NCBI GenBank assembly: GCA_964597355.1
Contig: CAZQWS010000002.1
Location: 34,262 to 98,261 of the forward strand
DNA from: an uncultured Bdellovibrionales bacterium
Lineage (GTDB): Bacteria; Patescibacteriota; Minisyncoccia; Moranbacterales; UBA1568
Length of the DNA stretch: 64,000 nucleotides
Reading direction: 5' to 3'
Below are positions 1 through 10,686 of this stretch, one piece after another. Both the position numbers and the translations under genes were made by a program. The notes under the pieces are model-generated. The model was given only the letters and a program-made list of their open reading frames with translations, had not been told where the DNA came from and did not search any database. Position 1 is the stretch's first letter. Every line of letters starts with the position of its first letter.

Positions 1-2
1 GA

Positions 3-596
3 ATGTCTCCTCTTTTCAACCAGGGGATAGAAGAACTGGCTCTAGTCAAACTCATCACAGGTATCTCCGTCATGATCAGACGGCCCTTTATCGAGACGGC
101 CAAACTAAATTTCCCAAACCTTTCTCTGGGTCTACATCTTGAACTTGAAGAATTATCGAGTATTAAGGAAATAGAAAACCAAATCATTTCTTTCCGAGAC
201 AAATTTGGGATGTTGCCTGCCTACCTCGACGGCCACCAGCATAAACATCTCACTAGCGGAAACCTCGCCCTCATTATTGAAGCAGCTCGCAAGTTTCATC
301 TTCCTGTGCGTTCTCGTTTCCAGGAAGATCGACGGATTCTCCGCGAACAATTCATTGTCACTCCAGACAACTTCATCTCCTGGCACCCAACTCGTACCAC
401 TACCCTCGCCAAACGGTTACGGTCAACCCAGGCTTTTCCCATCTCCGAACTCGTCGTTCATCCTGGTTATTTCGACCCTACCTGTGACTACCCATACAAC
501 CAAGAGCGTGAGTCTGAACTTGTCTTCCTAAAAAGTCCCTCCTTCCAAGAACTCGTCACTCTTTTTGAACTTACTTCTTACTCCGCTATCGCTTAA
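3..596 (+). CDS. ChbG/YdjC-family carbohydrate deacetylase (probably 5'-truncated by the window edge)
   Basis: Motifs GLHL, YLDGHQHKH and ELVVHPGY...RESEL typical of YdjC/ChbG. Confidence 0.8.
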   Translation: MSPLFNQGIEELALVKLITGISVMIRRPFIETAKLNFPNLSLGLHLELEELSSIKEIENQIISFRDKFGMLPAYLDGHQHKHLTSGNLALIIEAARKFHLPVRSRFQEDRRILREQFIVTPDNFISWHPTRTTTLAKRLRSTQAFPISELVVHPGYFDPTCDYPYNQERESELVFLKSPSFQELVTLFELTSYSAIA

Positions 597-667
597 AAGT
601 TTCTTTTAAGAACTCATTTTTTGTGCTATAACAAAGGCACTTAGTTTATGTGCTTAACGTGCCTTTT

Positions 668-3232
668 ATGCCTTATTGGAGCCCAAAAATGACCTTTTCG
701 CGTAAAAATTCTGTCCCAAAGCGAGAACTCCTCCTTCCTCCCCGCGCAGCCCGACTTAAAAGACTTTGGCCATGGAAAAAAATCCTTCGTTTTGGCGGCC
801 TAGCCTTTTTGGGTGTCGCTATCCTTGTTGGTGGTGCCTTCGCTTACTTCGCCAAAGATCTCCCCAGCCCAGGCAATTTCCGTGAGCGGATAGTAGCTGA
901 ATCAACCAAAATTTATGATCGCTCCGGTACCCATCTCCTCTACGAAGTGCATGGGGAGGAGAAACGCACCGTCATCCCTTTCGCTGACATGCCAGACGTG
1001 GTGAAATATGCGACTATCTCCCTTGAAGACCAAGATTTTTACCATCACTTTGGGGTGAAGTTCACTTCCATCTTGCGAGCCATCCTTAAAGACATCGTCA
1101 CTCTCGACAAGGCGCAAGGAGGTTCAACCATCACCCAGCAGCTCGTCAAAAATACCCTCCTCTCCAACGAAAAATCAATCGCTCGTAAGATCAAGGAAGT
1201 TATCCTCGCTTTTGAACTTGAGGCCAAATATTCCAAGGATGAAATTCTCGAGATGTATCTCAATGAAATCCCGTATGGCTCTAATGCGTATGGGATTGAA
1301 GCCGCTGCACAGACATTCTTTGGAAAGCCGGCTCGAGAGCTTGCTCTCGATGAAGCTGCTCTCCTCGCCGCTCTCCCTCAAGCTACAACCTACTACTCTC
1401 CTTATGGTTCACGTACCGAAGCGCTCGCTGGTCGCCAATCCTACACTCTCAAACAAATGGCAGACCTCGGCTATATCACTCCCGAACAGCGAGATGAAGC
1501 CACCATCATTGATACCCTGGAGAAAATTCAACCACAGAAGGATATCATCGCCGCCCCCCACTTTGTCATGTATATCAAAGAATACCTTCAGGAGCGCTTC
1601 GGTGACCGAGCAGTCGAGGAGGGCGGCTACAAAGTTATCACTACTCTTGATTGGGATAAACAACAAATAGCTGAAAAGGTGGTTCGCGAAGGAGCTGAAA
1701 AAAATAAAATTTGGAATGCTTCCAACGCCGCTCTCGTAGCAATCGACCCCAAGAATGGCCAGATTCTCTCTATGGTAGGATCCAAAGACTACTTTGACGT
1801 CACTGTCGATGGTCAGGTCAATGTGGCTACTCGCGAACGCCAGCCAGGTTCTTCATTTAAACCGTATGTGTATCTCACTGCCTTTACCAAAGGCTACACC
1901 CCTGAGACACTCCTCTACGATGTGGAAACGGAGTTTGAAACTGAAGAAGGTAAAAGCTACAAACCCCAAAACTACGATGGGAAATTCCGCGGCCCACTTC
2001 CCATAAAAGAAGCTTTGGCCCAATCCCTCAACGTCCCAGCTGTTAAAACTCTCTACCTCGTAGGTGTCACTGAAGCTATCGCTCTTGCCAAAAATCTCGG
2101 TATTGAAGGACTTAATGATCCCAAACGCCTCGGTCTCTCACTTGTTCTCGGAGGAGGTGAAATACGTCTCCTTGACCATGTTCACGCGTATGCCACTCTT
2201 GCTAATGGTGGAATCAAACAGCCTATGGCGGCTATCCTCCGTATTGAAGACGCTCGAGGAGAAACCATCGAAGCCTTTACCAACACCCCTGGGGAACGAG
2301 TTATCGAGGAAAAGTATGTCACCATGCTCGAACATGTCATGTCAACCAATAGCTACCGCGCGCCAGTGTTTGGCGACAAGAGCCCCCTCGCCTTTAGTGA
2401 TCGAGATGTGGCTGCAAAAACTGGTACCACTAATGAATTCCGTGACGGTTGGACACTTGGATTTACTCCATCACTCGCGGTAGGTGTTTGGGCTGGCAAT
2501 AATGATAACAGCTCTATGAAGGAAGGAGCAGATGGTGTCAATGTAGCTGCTCCCATCTGGCGTGCCTATCTCAATGAAACGCTCACGAATTCTAGTAAAG
2601 AACGTTTCCCTAAATACGAAGAGGAAAAAGGTCTTACCACCCCACTCCTGAATGGCAAGATGGAGGAGGAGAAAAACCTCGATGTGTGTAATATCCCTGG
2701 TGAAGACGACAAATACTGCCTGGCCAACAAATACTGCCCTGAAGACGAACGTAAAGAGCGGGATTTTGTTGAAGCCCACGATATCCTTCACTATGTTAAT
2801 CGACTCAACCCACGAGGAGAGAAACCCAAGGATCCAGAAAATGACCCACAGTACAAGAATTGGGAGAAAGCGGTGCGTGATTGGTATAAAAAGAAAAAAA
2901 ACAAAGATACTATTACCGAAGAAGCTCCTGAAAAAGAATGTAGTGAAGATGATTTTAAGAAATACCGGCCAAGTATCACTCTTACAACACCCAGTTCCAC
3001 TAATTCAAATACACTTACCATCGAAGCAGATGCTACCGCGCCCTACGGCGTAGAAAAAGTCACTTTTTCAGTGGACGGTGACACGGTTGGCGAACGAAGA
3101 GAGAAACCCTTCCAGGTTTCTTATGAGATCCCCCCTAGTAAAAACAATGGCACAATCGACATAGAAGTAGTCTTGGAAGATAAAAATGGAAATACGGTAG
3201 ATGTTCGACAAGAAGTCTCTGTGAGCTACTAA
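668..3232 (+). CDS. Class A penicillin-binding protein (PBP1A family) with C-terminal Ig-like domain
   Basis: N-terminal TM; transglycosylase motifs EDQDFYHH, GGSTITQQLVKN, RKIKE; transpeptidase SSFK, SLN, KTG; start codon uncertain (650/668/689). Confidence 0.93.
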   Translation: MPYWSPKMTFSRKNSVPKRELLLPPRAARLKRLWPWKKILRFGGLAFLGVAILVGGAFAYFAKDLPSPGNFRERIVAESTKIYDRSGTHLLYEVHGEEKRTVIPFADMPDVVKYATISLEDQDFYHHFGVKFTSILRAILKDIVTLDKAQGGSTITQQLVKNTLLSNEKSIARKIKEVILAFELEAKYSKDEILEMYLNEIPYGSNAYGIEAAAQTFFGKPARELALDEAALLAALPQATTYYSPYGSRTEALAGRQSYTLKQMADLGYITPEQRDEATIIDTLEKIQPQKDIIAAPHFVMYIKEYLQERFGDRAVEEGGYKVITTLDWDKQQIAEKVVREGAEKNKIWNASNAALVAIDPKNGQILSMVGSKDYFDVTVDGQVNVATRERQPGSSFKPYVYLTAFTKGYTPETLLYDVETEFETEEGKSYKPQNYDGKFRGPLPIKEALAQSLNVPAVKTLYLVGVTEAIALAKNLGIEGLNDPKRLGLSLVLGGGEIRLLDHVHAYATLANGGIKQPMAAILRIEDARGETIEAFTNTPGERVIEEKYVTMLEHVMSTNSYRAPVFGDKSPLAFSDRDVAAKTGTTNEFRDGWTLGFTPSLAVGVWAGNNDNSSMKEGADGVNVAAPIWRAYLNETLTNSSKERFPKYEEEKGLTTPLLNGKMEEEKNLDVCNIPGEDDKYCLANKYCPEDERKERDFVEAHDILHYVNRLNPRGEKPKDPENDPQYKNWEKAVRDWYKKKKNKDTITEEAPEKECSEDDFKKYRPSITLTTPSSTNSNTLTIEADATAPYGVEKVTFSVDGDTVGERREKPFQVSYEIPPSKNNGTIDIEVVLEDKNGNTVDVRQEVSVSY

Positions 3233-3237
3233 CGTGC

Positions 3238-3561
3238 CTACTCATCAGCGTGCAGGCCATGCAAAATACGTAGTTCAAGTACGGCGTCTGACCCGACTTC
3301 TTGATTGATACGCCTGCACAGTTCTTTTTCTTGGATCAAAAGCTCATTAGCCCAAAGAGGGCTAGCTACTTTTATGGAAAGTACTCTTTTTTCATACTGT
3401 GCAGGGTGGATCACTCCACCACCACGTTTCCCGTAAAATTCTCGTACAATCCGGCTAAAAAGGAAAAAAATTGTTTTAGCGTCTAGCAATTTTTCTCTCC
3501 CTGACTGTGTAGGGAGGGCTTGTTCTTGTTTTTGTTGAAACAAATGCCCAAGTGAACGCAT
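3238..3561 (-). CDS. dciA: DciA/DUF721-family helicase-loading protein
   Basis: 107 aa with LSIKVASPLWANEL...INQ pattern; directly downstream of dnaN. Confidence 0.7.
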   Translation of the reverse strand: MRSLGHLFQQKQEQALPTQSGREKLLDAKTIFFLFSRIVREFYGKRGGGVIHPAQYEKRVLSIKVASPLWANELLIQEKELCRRINQEVGSDAVLELRILHGLHADE

Positions 3562-3563
3562 AA

Positions 3564-4703
3564 CTATTTTCTAATCGGCATAACAAGGTAAAAGTGACTC
3601 TTAGGGACATCTCCAGTAATCAAAATTGGCGTATCCTTGCTGTTCATATGAAAAGTAACCAAGTCTCCTGAAAGCGTGTTCACCCCTTCAAGCACATGCC
3701 GCGCCTGAAACACCAACTCTATATCTTCAAGTAATGGATTTTCAAGTCGTACTCGCGTACGCTGTTCACCTACTCCAGAAGAAAATGTTGCCACCTCTAA
3801 AACCTCACCTTCAGTAAGAAAACGACATTTCACCTCACCTGAACCATATTGAGAAAAGGTAGTCGCCATTTTGAGCGCCCGGATAAGCTCTTGTTTATTC
3901 ACTTTTACCTCCAAACGAAACTCTTGAGGAAGAATTTGTTGATATTCTGGGTAGCGCCCTTGAATAACCCTCGATACAACCCGTGTACTCCCCACAGCAA
4001 AAAATATTTGATTTTCTTGGATTACCACCCCCACATTATCTTGTCCTTTTTGGAAAATACGCACAATCTCTTGTAAGGTATCAACTGGCAAAATAATATT
4101 CCCGCCTTGTTCTTCAAGAAACCGAGTTAACAACACTTGCTGTTCGCTCTCTAACCCCTCTAAAGTGTATTCAGCGAGACGAAAGCTATCAGTAGCAGCT
4201 ATATGTACCCCCCGAGGTGAAATAGACAAGCAGACCCCTGTAAGTTCTATTCGACTTTCATTATGAGAAACCGCAAAAGCTACCTTCTGAAGTGCTTCTT
4301 CTAAAACAGCCCCATTAATCTGCACTGTATATTCTCCGGTATATTCAGGAATAATAGGGAAGTCTTTACTTTCAACACTTTGAATGCGAATTTCATCCTT
4401 CCCATTCTCTACTACCATTTGATTACTTTCCTGGTGAATCTCAATTACCTGATCTGGATCAAGGTTTTGGATAAAATGAGTTAAAAGCTTAGCTGGCACC
4501 ACTATTTTCCCTTTTTCCTCAATCTTGGCTCCAAAAAAAGTCACCACACCAATCTCAAGATTGGTTGCTGAAAGCTTTAACTTTCCTTGTTCGGCCTCAA
4601 AAAGAATATTACTGAGTATTGGAAGATGACTTTGTTTACCTACAACCCACTCTAGGTAGGTAAGTACTGTGAGAAGGTTTTCATGAGTACAGGAGAATTT
4701 CAT
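3564..4703 (-). CDS. dnaN: DNA polymerase III beta sliding clamp
   Basis: LPILSNIL, ATNLEIG, ATDSFRL, GRYPEY, C-terminal LVMPIR; next to dnaA. Confidence 0.97.
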   Translation of the reverse strand: MKFSCTHENLLTVLTYLEWVVGKQSHLPILSNILFEAEQGKLKLSATNLEIGVVTFFGAKIEEKGKIVVPAKLLTHFIQNLDPDQVIEIHQESNQMVVENGKDEIRIQSVESKDFPIIPEYTGEYTVQINGAVLEEALQKVAFAVSHNESRIELTGVCLSISPRGVHIAATDSFRLAEYTLEGLESEQQVLLTRFLEEQGGNIILPVDTLQEIVRIFQKGQDNVGVVIQENQIFFAVGSTRVVSRVIQGRYPEYQQILPQEFRLEVKVNKQELIRALKMATTFSQYGSGEVKCRFLTEGEVLEVATFSSGVGEQRTRVRLENPLLEDIELVFQARHVLEGVNTLSGDLVTFHMNSKDTPILITGDVPKSHFYLVMPIRK

Positions 4704-4948
4704 AAACGGTAATAGTGTATAAAGTAATTATATTAAATATTATTGCTATTATTACTTTTGTGGATTTCTGGATAAGTGTATTTGAGACTTTAGATAAAAC
4801 TTTTTCATACAGGAAGGGCGGTGTGGGTAAATATTAGAAACTTTGGGTAATTCTTGGTGTGTCTATTGGAAGAAAGAGTAATTAAGGGGTTATGCAGAGA
4901 TTATTCGATGGATATACCGAGTTATACAGACTTATCCACAAGGGATAA
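4704..4948. other. Replication origin oriC (dnaA-dnaN spacer)
   Basis: Perfect DnaA box TTATCCACA at 4932-4940; near-matches TGTGGGTAA 4822-4830, TCTGGATAA 4767-4775, TTATACAGA 4922-4930; AT-rich unwinding stretch ~4705-4760; the + strand looks C-rich to the left and G-rich to the right (by eye). Confidence 0.8.
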
Positions 4949-6370
4949 CTACCCGCGGAGGATGTTGATTCTCTCGAGGAGTGTGGAGAGTTCCTCCTTA
5001 ACACGAGTACGAGTTTCTTTTTCTTTGGCTATTTTTTCTACTGCATGGAGGACGGTAGTATGGTCTCTACCTCCGAAGTATTCTCCAATAGAAGAAAGTG
5101 GGGCTTCGAGTTCGGTTCTCATGAGGTACATAGCAACTTGCCTAGGATAAGCAATTTCTTTTTTACGGCCCTTTTTAACAAGGTCCTCTGGGGTGACATG
5201 ATAAAAATCCGTAATAAGGCTAGTGATATCTTCTGGAGTGAGCTTCTTTTTGTGTTGGAGGACACTGTCCCCAAGTACTTTTTGGACCAAAGAGAGACTG
5301 ATAGGTACGTGTTGGAGTTCGCTAAAAGCGGAAATCCGTGCCAGGGCACCTTCGAGCTCCCGCACGTTATTGGTAATATGTTCTGAGATGAAGTGGAGTG
5401 AGGCCGGATCAAGGGAGATTCCCTTCTCTTGAGCCTTAGCTTCGAGGATAGCCGCTCGAGTTTCAAGGTTGGGCCGACTAATATCAGCTATCATTCCTCC
5501 CTCAAAGCGAGAGCGAAGTCGTTCTTCGAGAGTGGGGATAGCTTTAGGAGGACGGTCACTGGAGATTACGATTTGCTTATTGATTTGGTAGAGAGCGTTA
5601 AAAATGTGGAAAAACTCATTTTGGGTTTTCTCACGACCGGAAAGAAATTGTACGTCATCGATAATAAGGAGGTCTATCTGTTCGTAAGCGGTCTTAAATT
5701 GATCAACTGACTGGTTTTTTATAGATTCGACTAATTCACTAGTGAAGCGTTCAGAAGTGATGTATTTTACACGCTTTTCAGGGGAATGTTTGAGAATCTC
5801 ATTCCCAAGGGACTGAATAAGATGGGTTTTCCCAAGTCCTACCCCGCCATAAATGAAAAGAGGGTTGTAGAGGTGCCCAAGGTTCTGGGATACAGCAAAA
5901 CAAGCAGCTCGAGCGAGTTCATTATTCTCAGCGACAATAAAATTCTCAAAAGTATAACGAGGGTTGAGGTTGTTTTTAAAAATGGAGGAAGAAGTAGTAG
6001 GAACATTGACAGAATCACCTATTTTCTTTCTAATAAAACTTGCTGATTGGTTAGGGTTGGTAAAAAATGGCTTAACCGCATCAATACTATTGACTACAAT
6101 ACCATTATGTGCCTTAGTCCTATTTTCTGGGACAATAGAACAACGAATCTCAGTGACTTCTGGGGTGAGGCTCTTGAGGGCCTTTAAGATGTAGAGGTTG
6201 TATTTATTCTCTAGCCATTCTTTCGCAAAACCATTAGGAACGGCGATAGTGGCCACTCCTTTTTCAAGTGAGAGGACAGTCGTGTTTTTGAACCAAGTAA
6301 CAAAATTAGCCCTAGAAAGAGAAAGTTCAATTTGGCCTAAGGCGGCTTCCCAAAGCTCTTCGTTGGTCAT
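4949..6370 (-). CDS. dnaA: Chromosomal replication initiator DnaA
   Basis: NPLFIYGGVGLGKTHL, LLIIDDVQF, NVRELEGAL, FGGRDHTTVLHA. Confidence 0.99.
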   Translation of the reverse strand: MTNEELWEAALGQIELSLSRANFVTWFKNTTVLSLEKGVATIAVPNGFAKEWLENKYNLYILKALKSLTPEVTEIRCSIVPENRTKAHNGIVVNSIDAVKPFFTNPNQSASFIRKKIGDSVNVPTTSSSIFKNNLNPRYTFENFIVAENNELARAACFAVSQNLGHLYNPLFIYGGVGLGKTHLIQSLGNEILKHSPEKRVKYITSERFTSELVESIKNQSVDQFKTAYEQIDLLIIDDVQFLSGREKTQNEFFHIFNALYQINKQIVISSDRPPKAIPTLEERLRSRFEGGMIADISRPNLETRAAILEAKAQEKGISLDPASLHFISEHITNNVRELEGALARISAFSELQHVPISLSLVQKVLGDSVLQHKKKLTPEDITSLITDFYHVTPEDLVKKGRKKEIAYPRQVAMYLMRTELEAPLSSIGEYFGGRDHTTVLHAVEKIAKEKETRTRVKEELSTLLERINILRG

Positions 6371-6585
6371 ACCTTTTTAGAATAATGGCTTGAATAAAGG
6401 AATAACTTAGAAAATAGTGGATAAATCACAGTATATCATGGTGAGGGGAAACAATCACCTCTGAAAAGTTAATAATTTGTGGAGAAACTGTTCATAATGT
6501 GCGCAAAAATCAATAAGAGAAAAAGTACATTGACTTTTCTTGAGAGGTAAAATATACTGCTCTTGTTATTCGGTATCCATTCGTT
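6371..6585. promoter_or_regulatory. Divergent dnaA/rpmH promoter region with DnaA-box-like sites
   Basis: AGTGGATAA 6416-6424, TGTGGAGAA 6478-6486; TTGACT...TATACT sigma70-like promoter facing rpmH. Confidence 0.6.
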
Positions 6586-6723
6586 ATGCCTAAAAGAACC
6601 TACCAACCAAAAACGCGCCGTCGAGCTCGCCGCCACGGTTTTTTGAAGCGCATGAGCACAAAAACCGGTCAGGTGGTTATCCAAAAACGTCGCCGCCAGG
6701 GCCGGAAGAAGCTTTCGGTCTAA
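6586..6723 (+). CDS. rpmH: 50S ribosomal protein L34 (absent from the ORF track, 45 aa)
   Basis: Hand translation [45 protein letters not shown]; canonical position. Confidence 0.97.
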   Translation: MPKRTYQPKTRRRARRHGFLKRMSTKTGQVVIQKRRRQGRKKLSV

Positions 6724-6739
6724 ATTCTTCATTCAACCT

Positions 6740-7072
6740 ATGCTTGGAAAGCCCAATCGATTACGAGGGAAAAGGCTTTTTCAAGAAGTTTTTGCTCGTG
6801 GGAAACGGGTTTTTGTTGATGGAGTGGGTTGTTTTTCACTCCCCCTGAAAGATGGTACTCTAGTAGTAGGAGTGACATTCACTCAAAAAACTTTCCCTCA
6901 CGCAGTCACCCGCCATCAATACAAACGGCGGTTACTCCACTTGGTACGAGAAGAAATCCCCTCAATACCGCAAGGGAGGGCCATAGTTTTCCATTTCCAG
7001 CGGCCACTCCCGAGACTTTCTCCCCTAGTATTACGGAGCATTGTCCAAAAACTTTTGTATCGTTCACTCTAA
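6740..7072 (+). CDS. rnpA: Ribonuclease P protein component
   Basis: NRLRGKRLFQEVF, AVTRHQYKRRL (RNR-motif variant); between rpmH and yidC. Confidence 0.88.
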   Translation: MLGKPNRLRGKRLFQEVFARGKRVFVDGVGCFSLPLKDGTLVVGVTFTQKTFPHAVTRHQYKRRLLHLVREEIPSIPQGRAIVFHFQRPLPRLSPLVLRSIVQKLLYRSL

Positions 7073-7086
7073 ACAGCATCTTTTCT

Positions 7087-7836
7087 ATGAGCACTTTGTA
7101 CCACGCTTTTATCTACGATCCTCTCTATAATGCTCTTGTTTTTTTCTATGATGTTTTCCCGTTTCAGGATTTCGGGGTCGCTATCATTCTTACGACCGTT
7201 TTAATCAAGGGAGTCTTCTACGGGCTTTCTCGAAAGCAGATAGAATCCCAGAAAAAGATGCAAGAGGTTCAGCCGAAGATCAAGGCACTTCAGGAACGAT
7301 ATAAAGATGACAAGGAAAAACAAACTCGGGCGATTATGGAGTGCTATAAAGAAAACAAAGTTAACCCTTTTGCTGGCTGTTTCCCGCTCATTGTTCAACT
7401 GGTGTTTTTCATTGCTTTTTATCAAGTGATTATTAGCTTCACAGGGAATGATTTCAAAATAGACGCGGCAAATCTCTATTCTTTTCTGCCCAATCCCGAA
7501 ACAGTGCATACGGAAGCCTTTGGATTCCTTGACCTTGTCAAAGCAGCTCCCTGGCTCGGGGCACTTGCGGCTTTGGCCCAGTATTTTCAGACCAAGATGC
7601 TGCTTCCCCACACTATGCCAGCTAAGAAAGAGGGGGGAAAGTCTGATATGGCTCAAGATATGGCTCAGATGATGGGGAAACAGATGCTCTATATTGGTCC
7701 AGCACTTATTTTCTTCTTTAGCTTCCAATTTCCGGCAGCTCTTTCGCTCTACTGGCTAGTCTCAACGCTCCTTTCATGGGGGCAGCAGAAGCTTATTTTT
7801 GATCGGCACCAACAAACTTCTTCTCATAGCGTATAA
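7087..7836 (+). CDS. yidC: Membrane protein insertase YidC/Oxa1 (short form)
   Basis: FGVAIILTT, MQEVQPKIKALQERYK, NPFAGCFPLIVQ, LSLYW; start moved to ATG 7087. Confidence 0.95.
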   Translation: MSTLYHAFIYDPLYNALVFFYDVFPFQDFGVAIILTTVLIKGVFYGLSRKQIESQKKMQEVQPKIKALQERYKDDKEKQTRAIMECYKENKVNPFAGCFPLIVQLVFFIAFYQVIISFTGNDFKIDAANLYSFLPNPETVHTEAFGFLDLVKAAPWLGALAALAQYFQTKMLLPHTMPAKKEGGKSDMAQDMAQMMGKQMLYIGPALIFFFSFQFPAALSLYWLVSTLLSWGQQKLIFDRHQQTSSHSV

Positions 7837-7845
7837 ACCTCACCT

Positions 7846-8358
7846 ATGATTCCTCTCTCACCTCGAGAATCACTCTCTCTTCAAACCAAAGACTTGCTCC
7901 AACGGTTAGGTTTCATGGCCCAAGTTTCTGTAAGCGAAAAAGCTCTTCCAGAAGATCGGGTAGAATACCACTGTGATATTCAGGTAGCTGAAGGACAACA
8001 CCTTTTGATCGGACAACATGGAGCCAATCTTCAGGCTTTGCTCCACCTCTTACGGTTGCTTACGCGAACATCCCTTCCAGAACGAGCGGTGCTTAGTATT
8101 GATCTCAATCATTATTTTGCTGAAAAAAAGAGCTTCCTTGAACAAGAAACTATGCGGACAGTCAAAGAAGTAGTAGAAACGGGTCTCCCTATGGCCCTCC
8201 GACCGATGGTGGCCTATGAACGGAAATTGGTACACACCTTCCTTGCTTCCCATGACCGAGTCATGACAGAGAGCGTTGGGAGTGGCGAAGAACGTAAAGT
8301 CCTGATTCGTTTACGTGGAGAAAAGCCACTTGAAGAGTCCTCAGCTTCACACGAATAG
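7846..8358 (+). CDS. jag: Jag/EloR-like KH + R3H RNA-binding protein
   Basis: LIGQHGANLQAL (KH), YERKLVH (R3H), ESVGSGEERKV; follows yidC. Confidence 0.88.
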   Translation: MIPLSPRESLSLQTKDLLQRLGFMAQVSVSEKALPEDRVEYHCDIQVAEGQHLLIGQHGANLQALLHLLRLLTRTSLPERAVLSIDLNHYFAEKKSFLEQETMRTVKEVVETGLPMALRPMVAYERKLVHTFLASHDRVMTESVGSGEERKVLIRLRGEKPLEESSASHE

Positions 8359-8372
8359 AGTAGAATGGATTC

Positions 8373-9824
8373 ATGGCCCTGGCACGAAAAATTGCCTATA
8401 ATGTCGTTTTCAATTCGACCCTCAAGGTAGTCTCGACTGTTTTTATCGCGCTTCTCTCGATCCGGCTTATTACAGGGTACCTTGGGCAAGAAGGTTTTGG
8501 TGAGTATGCTACCGTACTGGCATTCTTTGCATTTTTTGGGGCGATTGGCGATCTTGGACTCGCTCATATAACTGCCAGAGAAATCGCGAAGCCCCAAGTT
8601 GATGAATCAACTATCCTTGGAAAGGTAGTGGCCCTGCGCCTCATAGCAAGTCTTGCACTTATTGTGGTGGCTCCACTGGCCCTATTCTTCCTGCACTATC
8701 GACACGAGGTAAAGGAAGGCATCATGATCGCTGTCGTTGCTTTACTGTTTGCCCAACTCTCCACCCTCCTCAACTCGTTGTATCAAAAACGATTAGCTAT
8801 GGATCGAGTGGCTCTCGTGGAGTTTGTAGGGAAAGGCCTCCAACTCGGGCTCATTTACACAGTTGTTCGCTTTGACCTTGGATTTACGGCGCTAGTTGGA
8901 GTGCTCTTGGCCAACATGTGTTTCAATGCGGCAGTCGTATTTTTGCTCTCGCGACCGCTCGTGAAGTTCTCACTTCATTTTGACATTCCTTTTTGGAAGA
9001 TTTTTCTCAAAGACACTCTTCCTCTAGGGGCTATGGCTTTTATCACTTTTCTTTATTTCAAAATGGATACTATCCTCCTCTCCATCCTGCAACCAGCTGC
9101 CGAGGTAGGCATTTACAACGTGGCCTACAAAATCATGGAGAACCTGATTTTCTTCCCAGCGATGTTGGTGGGACTCATTCTCCCACTACTCTCTCGGGCA
9201 TACCATAGTGAACGGGCCCGATTTGAAGAAATTGCTAACAAGACAGTCAAGGTGTTCTGTATCTTGGTTCTTCCGGTGGTTATTGGGACAGTGTTTCTTG
9301 CTCCGGATATTGTACGGATTGTGAGTGGGACAAGTTTTGAAGCTTCAGCGGGAGTTCTCCAGATCCTCGCCTTTTCTCTAGCGGGTATTTTCTTTGGGCA
9401 TTACTTCAATATGCTTATTCTGGTGGGGAACGCCCAAAAAAAACTGATGTATCTTTTACTTGGGATAGCGATAGTCAATATTAGTCTCAACATCTTTCTT
9501 ATCCAAATATTCTCTTACCGTGGAGCAGCTATCGCTTCAGCCGCAACCGAACTACTCGTCGTGTTGGTTTCTGCCGGGCTGGTTTGGAAGGCTTTACATT
9601 TCTTCCCGAAACCTGACCGCCTGCTCCCAATACTCTTTTCAGCCTTTGTGATGGTGGTTACACTCATGCTGCTTTCCTCAGCCACCTTTCTTATTGCGGG
9701 GGGTGGAGCAGTATTGATGTACGCACTTTCCCTCTGGGGATTTCGGGCCATTACCCCAGAAGAGCTAGCCAGTGTTTTTGCTGGTCGTTCAAACGAAGAG
9801 ACGCCTGATCCGGCGCTCTGGTGA
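8373..9824 (+). CDS. Wzx-type oligosaccharide flippase
   Basis: Multi-TM; YLGQEGFGEY, DLGL, DTILLS...VGIYNVAYK, GAAIAS. Confidence 0.9.
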   Translation: MALARKIAYNVVFNSTLKVVSTVFIALLSIRLITGYLGQEGFGEYATVLAFFAFFGAIGDLGLAHITAREIAKPQVDESTILGKVVALRLIASLALIVVAPLALFFLHYRHEVKEGIMIAVVALLFAQLSTLLNSLYQKRLAMDRVALVEFVGKGLQLGLIYTVVRFDLGFTALVGVLLANMCFNAAVVFLLSRPLVKFSLHFDIPFWKIFLKDTLPLGAMAFITFLYFKMDTILLSILQPAAEVGIYNVAYKIMENLIFFPAMLVGLILPLLSRAYHSERARFEEIANKTVKVFCILVLPVVIGTVFLAPDIVRIVSGTSFEASAGVLQILAFSLAGIFFGHYFNMLILVGNAQKKLMYLLLGIAIVNISLNIFLIQIFSYRGAAIASAATELLVVLVSAGLVWKALHFFPKPDRLLPILFSAFVMVVTLMLLSSATFLIAGGGAVLMYALSLWGFRAITPEELASVFAGRSNEETPDPALW

Positions 9825-9832
9825 TTTTCTGT

Positions 9833-10684
9833 ATGCCTAATCAATCCGTGCTTGTTATCGTCCTTAATTATCGAGGGAAAGATGTCCTCTTGCCTTGCCT
9901 TGCTTCGCTTCTTCCAACTCTTGGACCACAGGATGCTTGTCTGGTTGTAGACAATGGAGGAGAACCAGCCCTCATGGACTTAGTTAGGCAACAACTTCCT
10001 ACGGTGCGCATTCTCTCAACCGGAGTAAATCTTGGCTTCGCTCGGGGGATGAATGTTGGTTTACGGATTGCACATGAGGAAGGGTTTGAAGCTGCTTGGC
10101 TGCTCAATAATGATGTACGGGTGGAACCAGGAGCTTTGGCCGCTTTGAAGTGTGCCCAAAGAGATTATGTGGGGAGGAATATCTTCTCTCCAGTTATATT
10201 AAATAAAGATGGGCAGATATGGTTTGCCGGAGGGAGAATAAATTATTGGCGCATGCGGGTAGAACACAGAAGGGATGCCCCAAAAGAAATGGCCCCTTTC
10301 TCTACGCAGTTTTTGACGGGTTGTGCCCTGTTTATCCCACGCGAGACGTGGGAATCAATTGGTTTTCTGGATGAACGTTACTTTTTATATTATGAAGACG
10401 CAGAATATAGCGTACGAGCCAAAGTTCATGGAGGGAAACTGTGGGTGGTTCCAGAGGCCCGAGTAAAGCACGCAGAAGTCAGTGAAGCTCATCCAGAGAA
10501 AGTCTACTGGCTCGTCCGAAGTGGGGTGGAGTTTTTCTCTCGCCATACGGTCGGCTGGAGGCGGAGTTGGGTTAGGGTGTATCTTATCGCTCGGCGGAGC
10601 AAGAACTTTCTGGATCGATTCTTTTTTGGAACAGCGCTTGCCCACTCCATCAAACGGGCGTATACTGATGCCTCGATTAAGTAG
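9833..10684 (+). CDS. GT2 family glycosyltransferase
   Basis: VIVLNY, VVDNG, NLGFARGMNVG, LLNND, FLYYEDAE. Confidence 0.92.
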   Translation: MPNQSVLVIVLNYRGKDVLLPCLASLLPTLGPQDACLVVDNGGEPALMDLVRQQLPTVRILSTGVNLGFARGMNVGLRIAHEEGFEAAWLLNNDVRVEPGALAALKCAQRDYVGRNIFSPVILNKDGQIWFAGGRINYWRMRVEHRRDAPKEMAPFSTQFLTGCALFIPRETWESIGFLDERYFLYYEDAEYSVRAKVHGGKLWVVPEARVKHAEVSEAHPEKVYWLVRSGVEFFSRHTVGWRRSWVRVYLIARRSKNFLDRFFFGTALAHSIKRAYTDASIK

Positions 10685-10686
10685 TT

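Noticed and set aside
6469-6732. 87-aa minus-strand ORF
   Set aside because: Antisense to rpmH.
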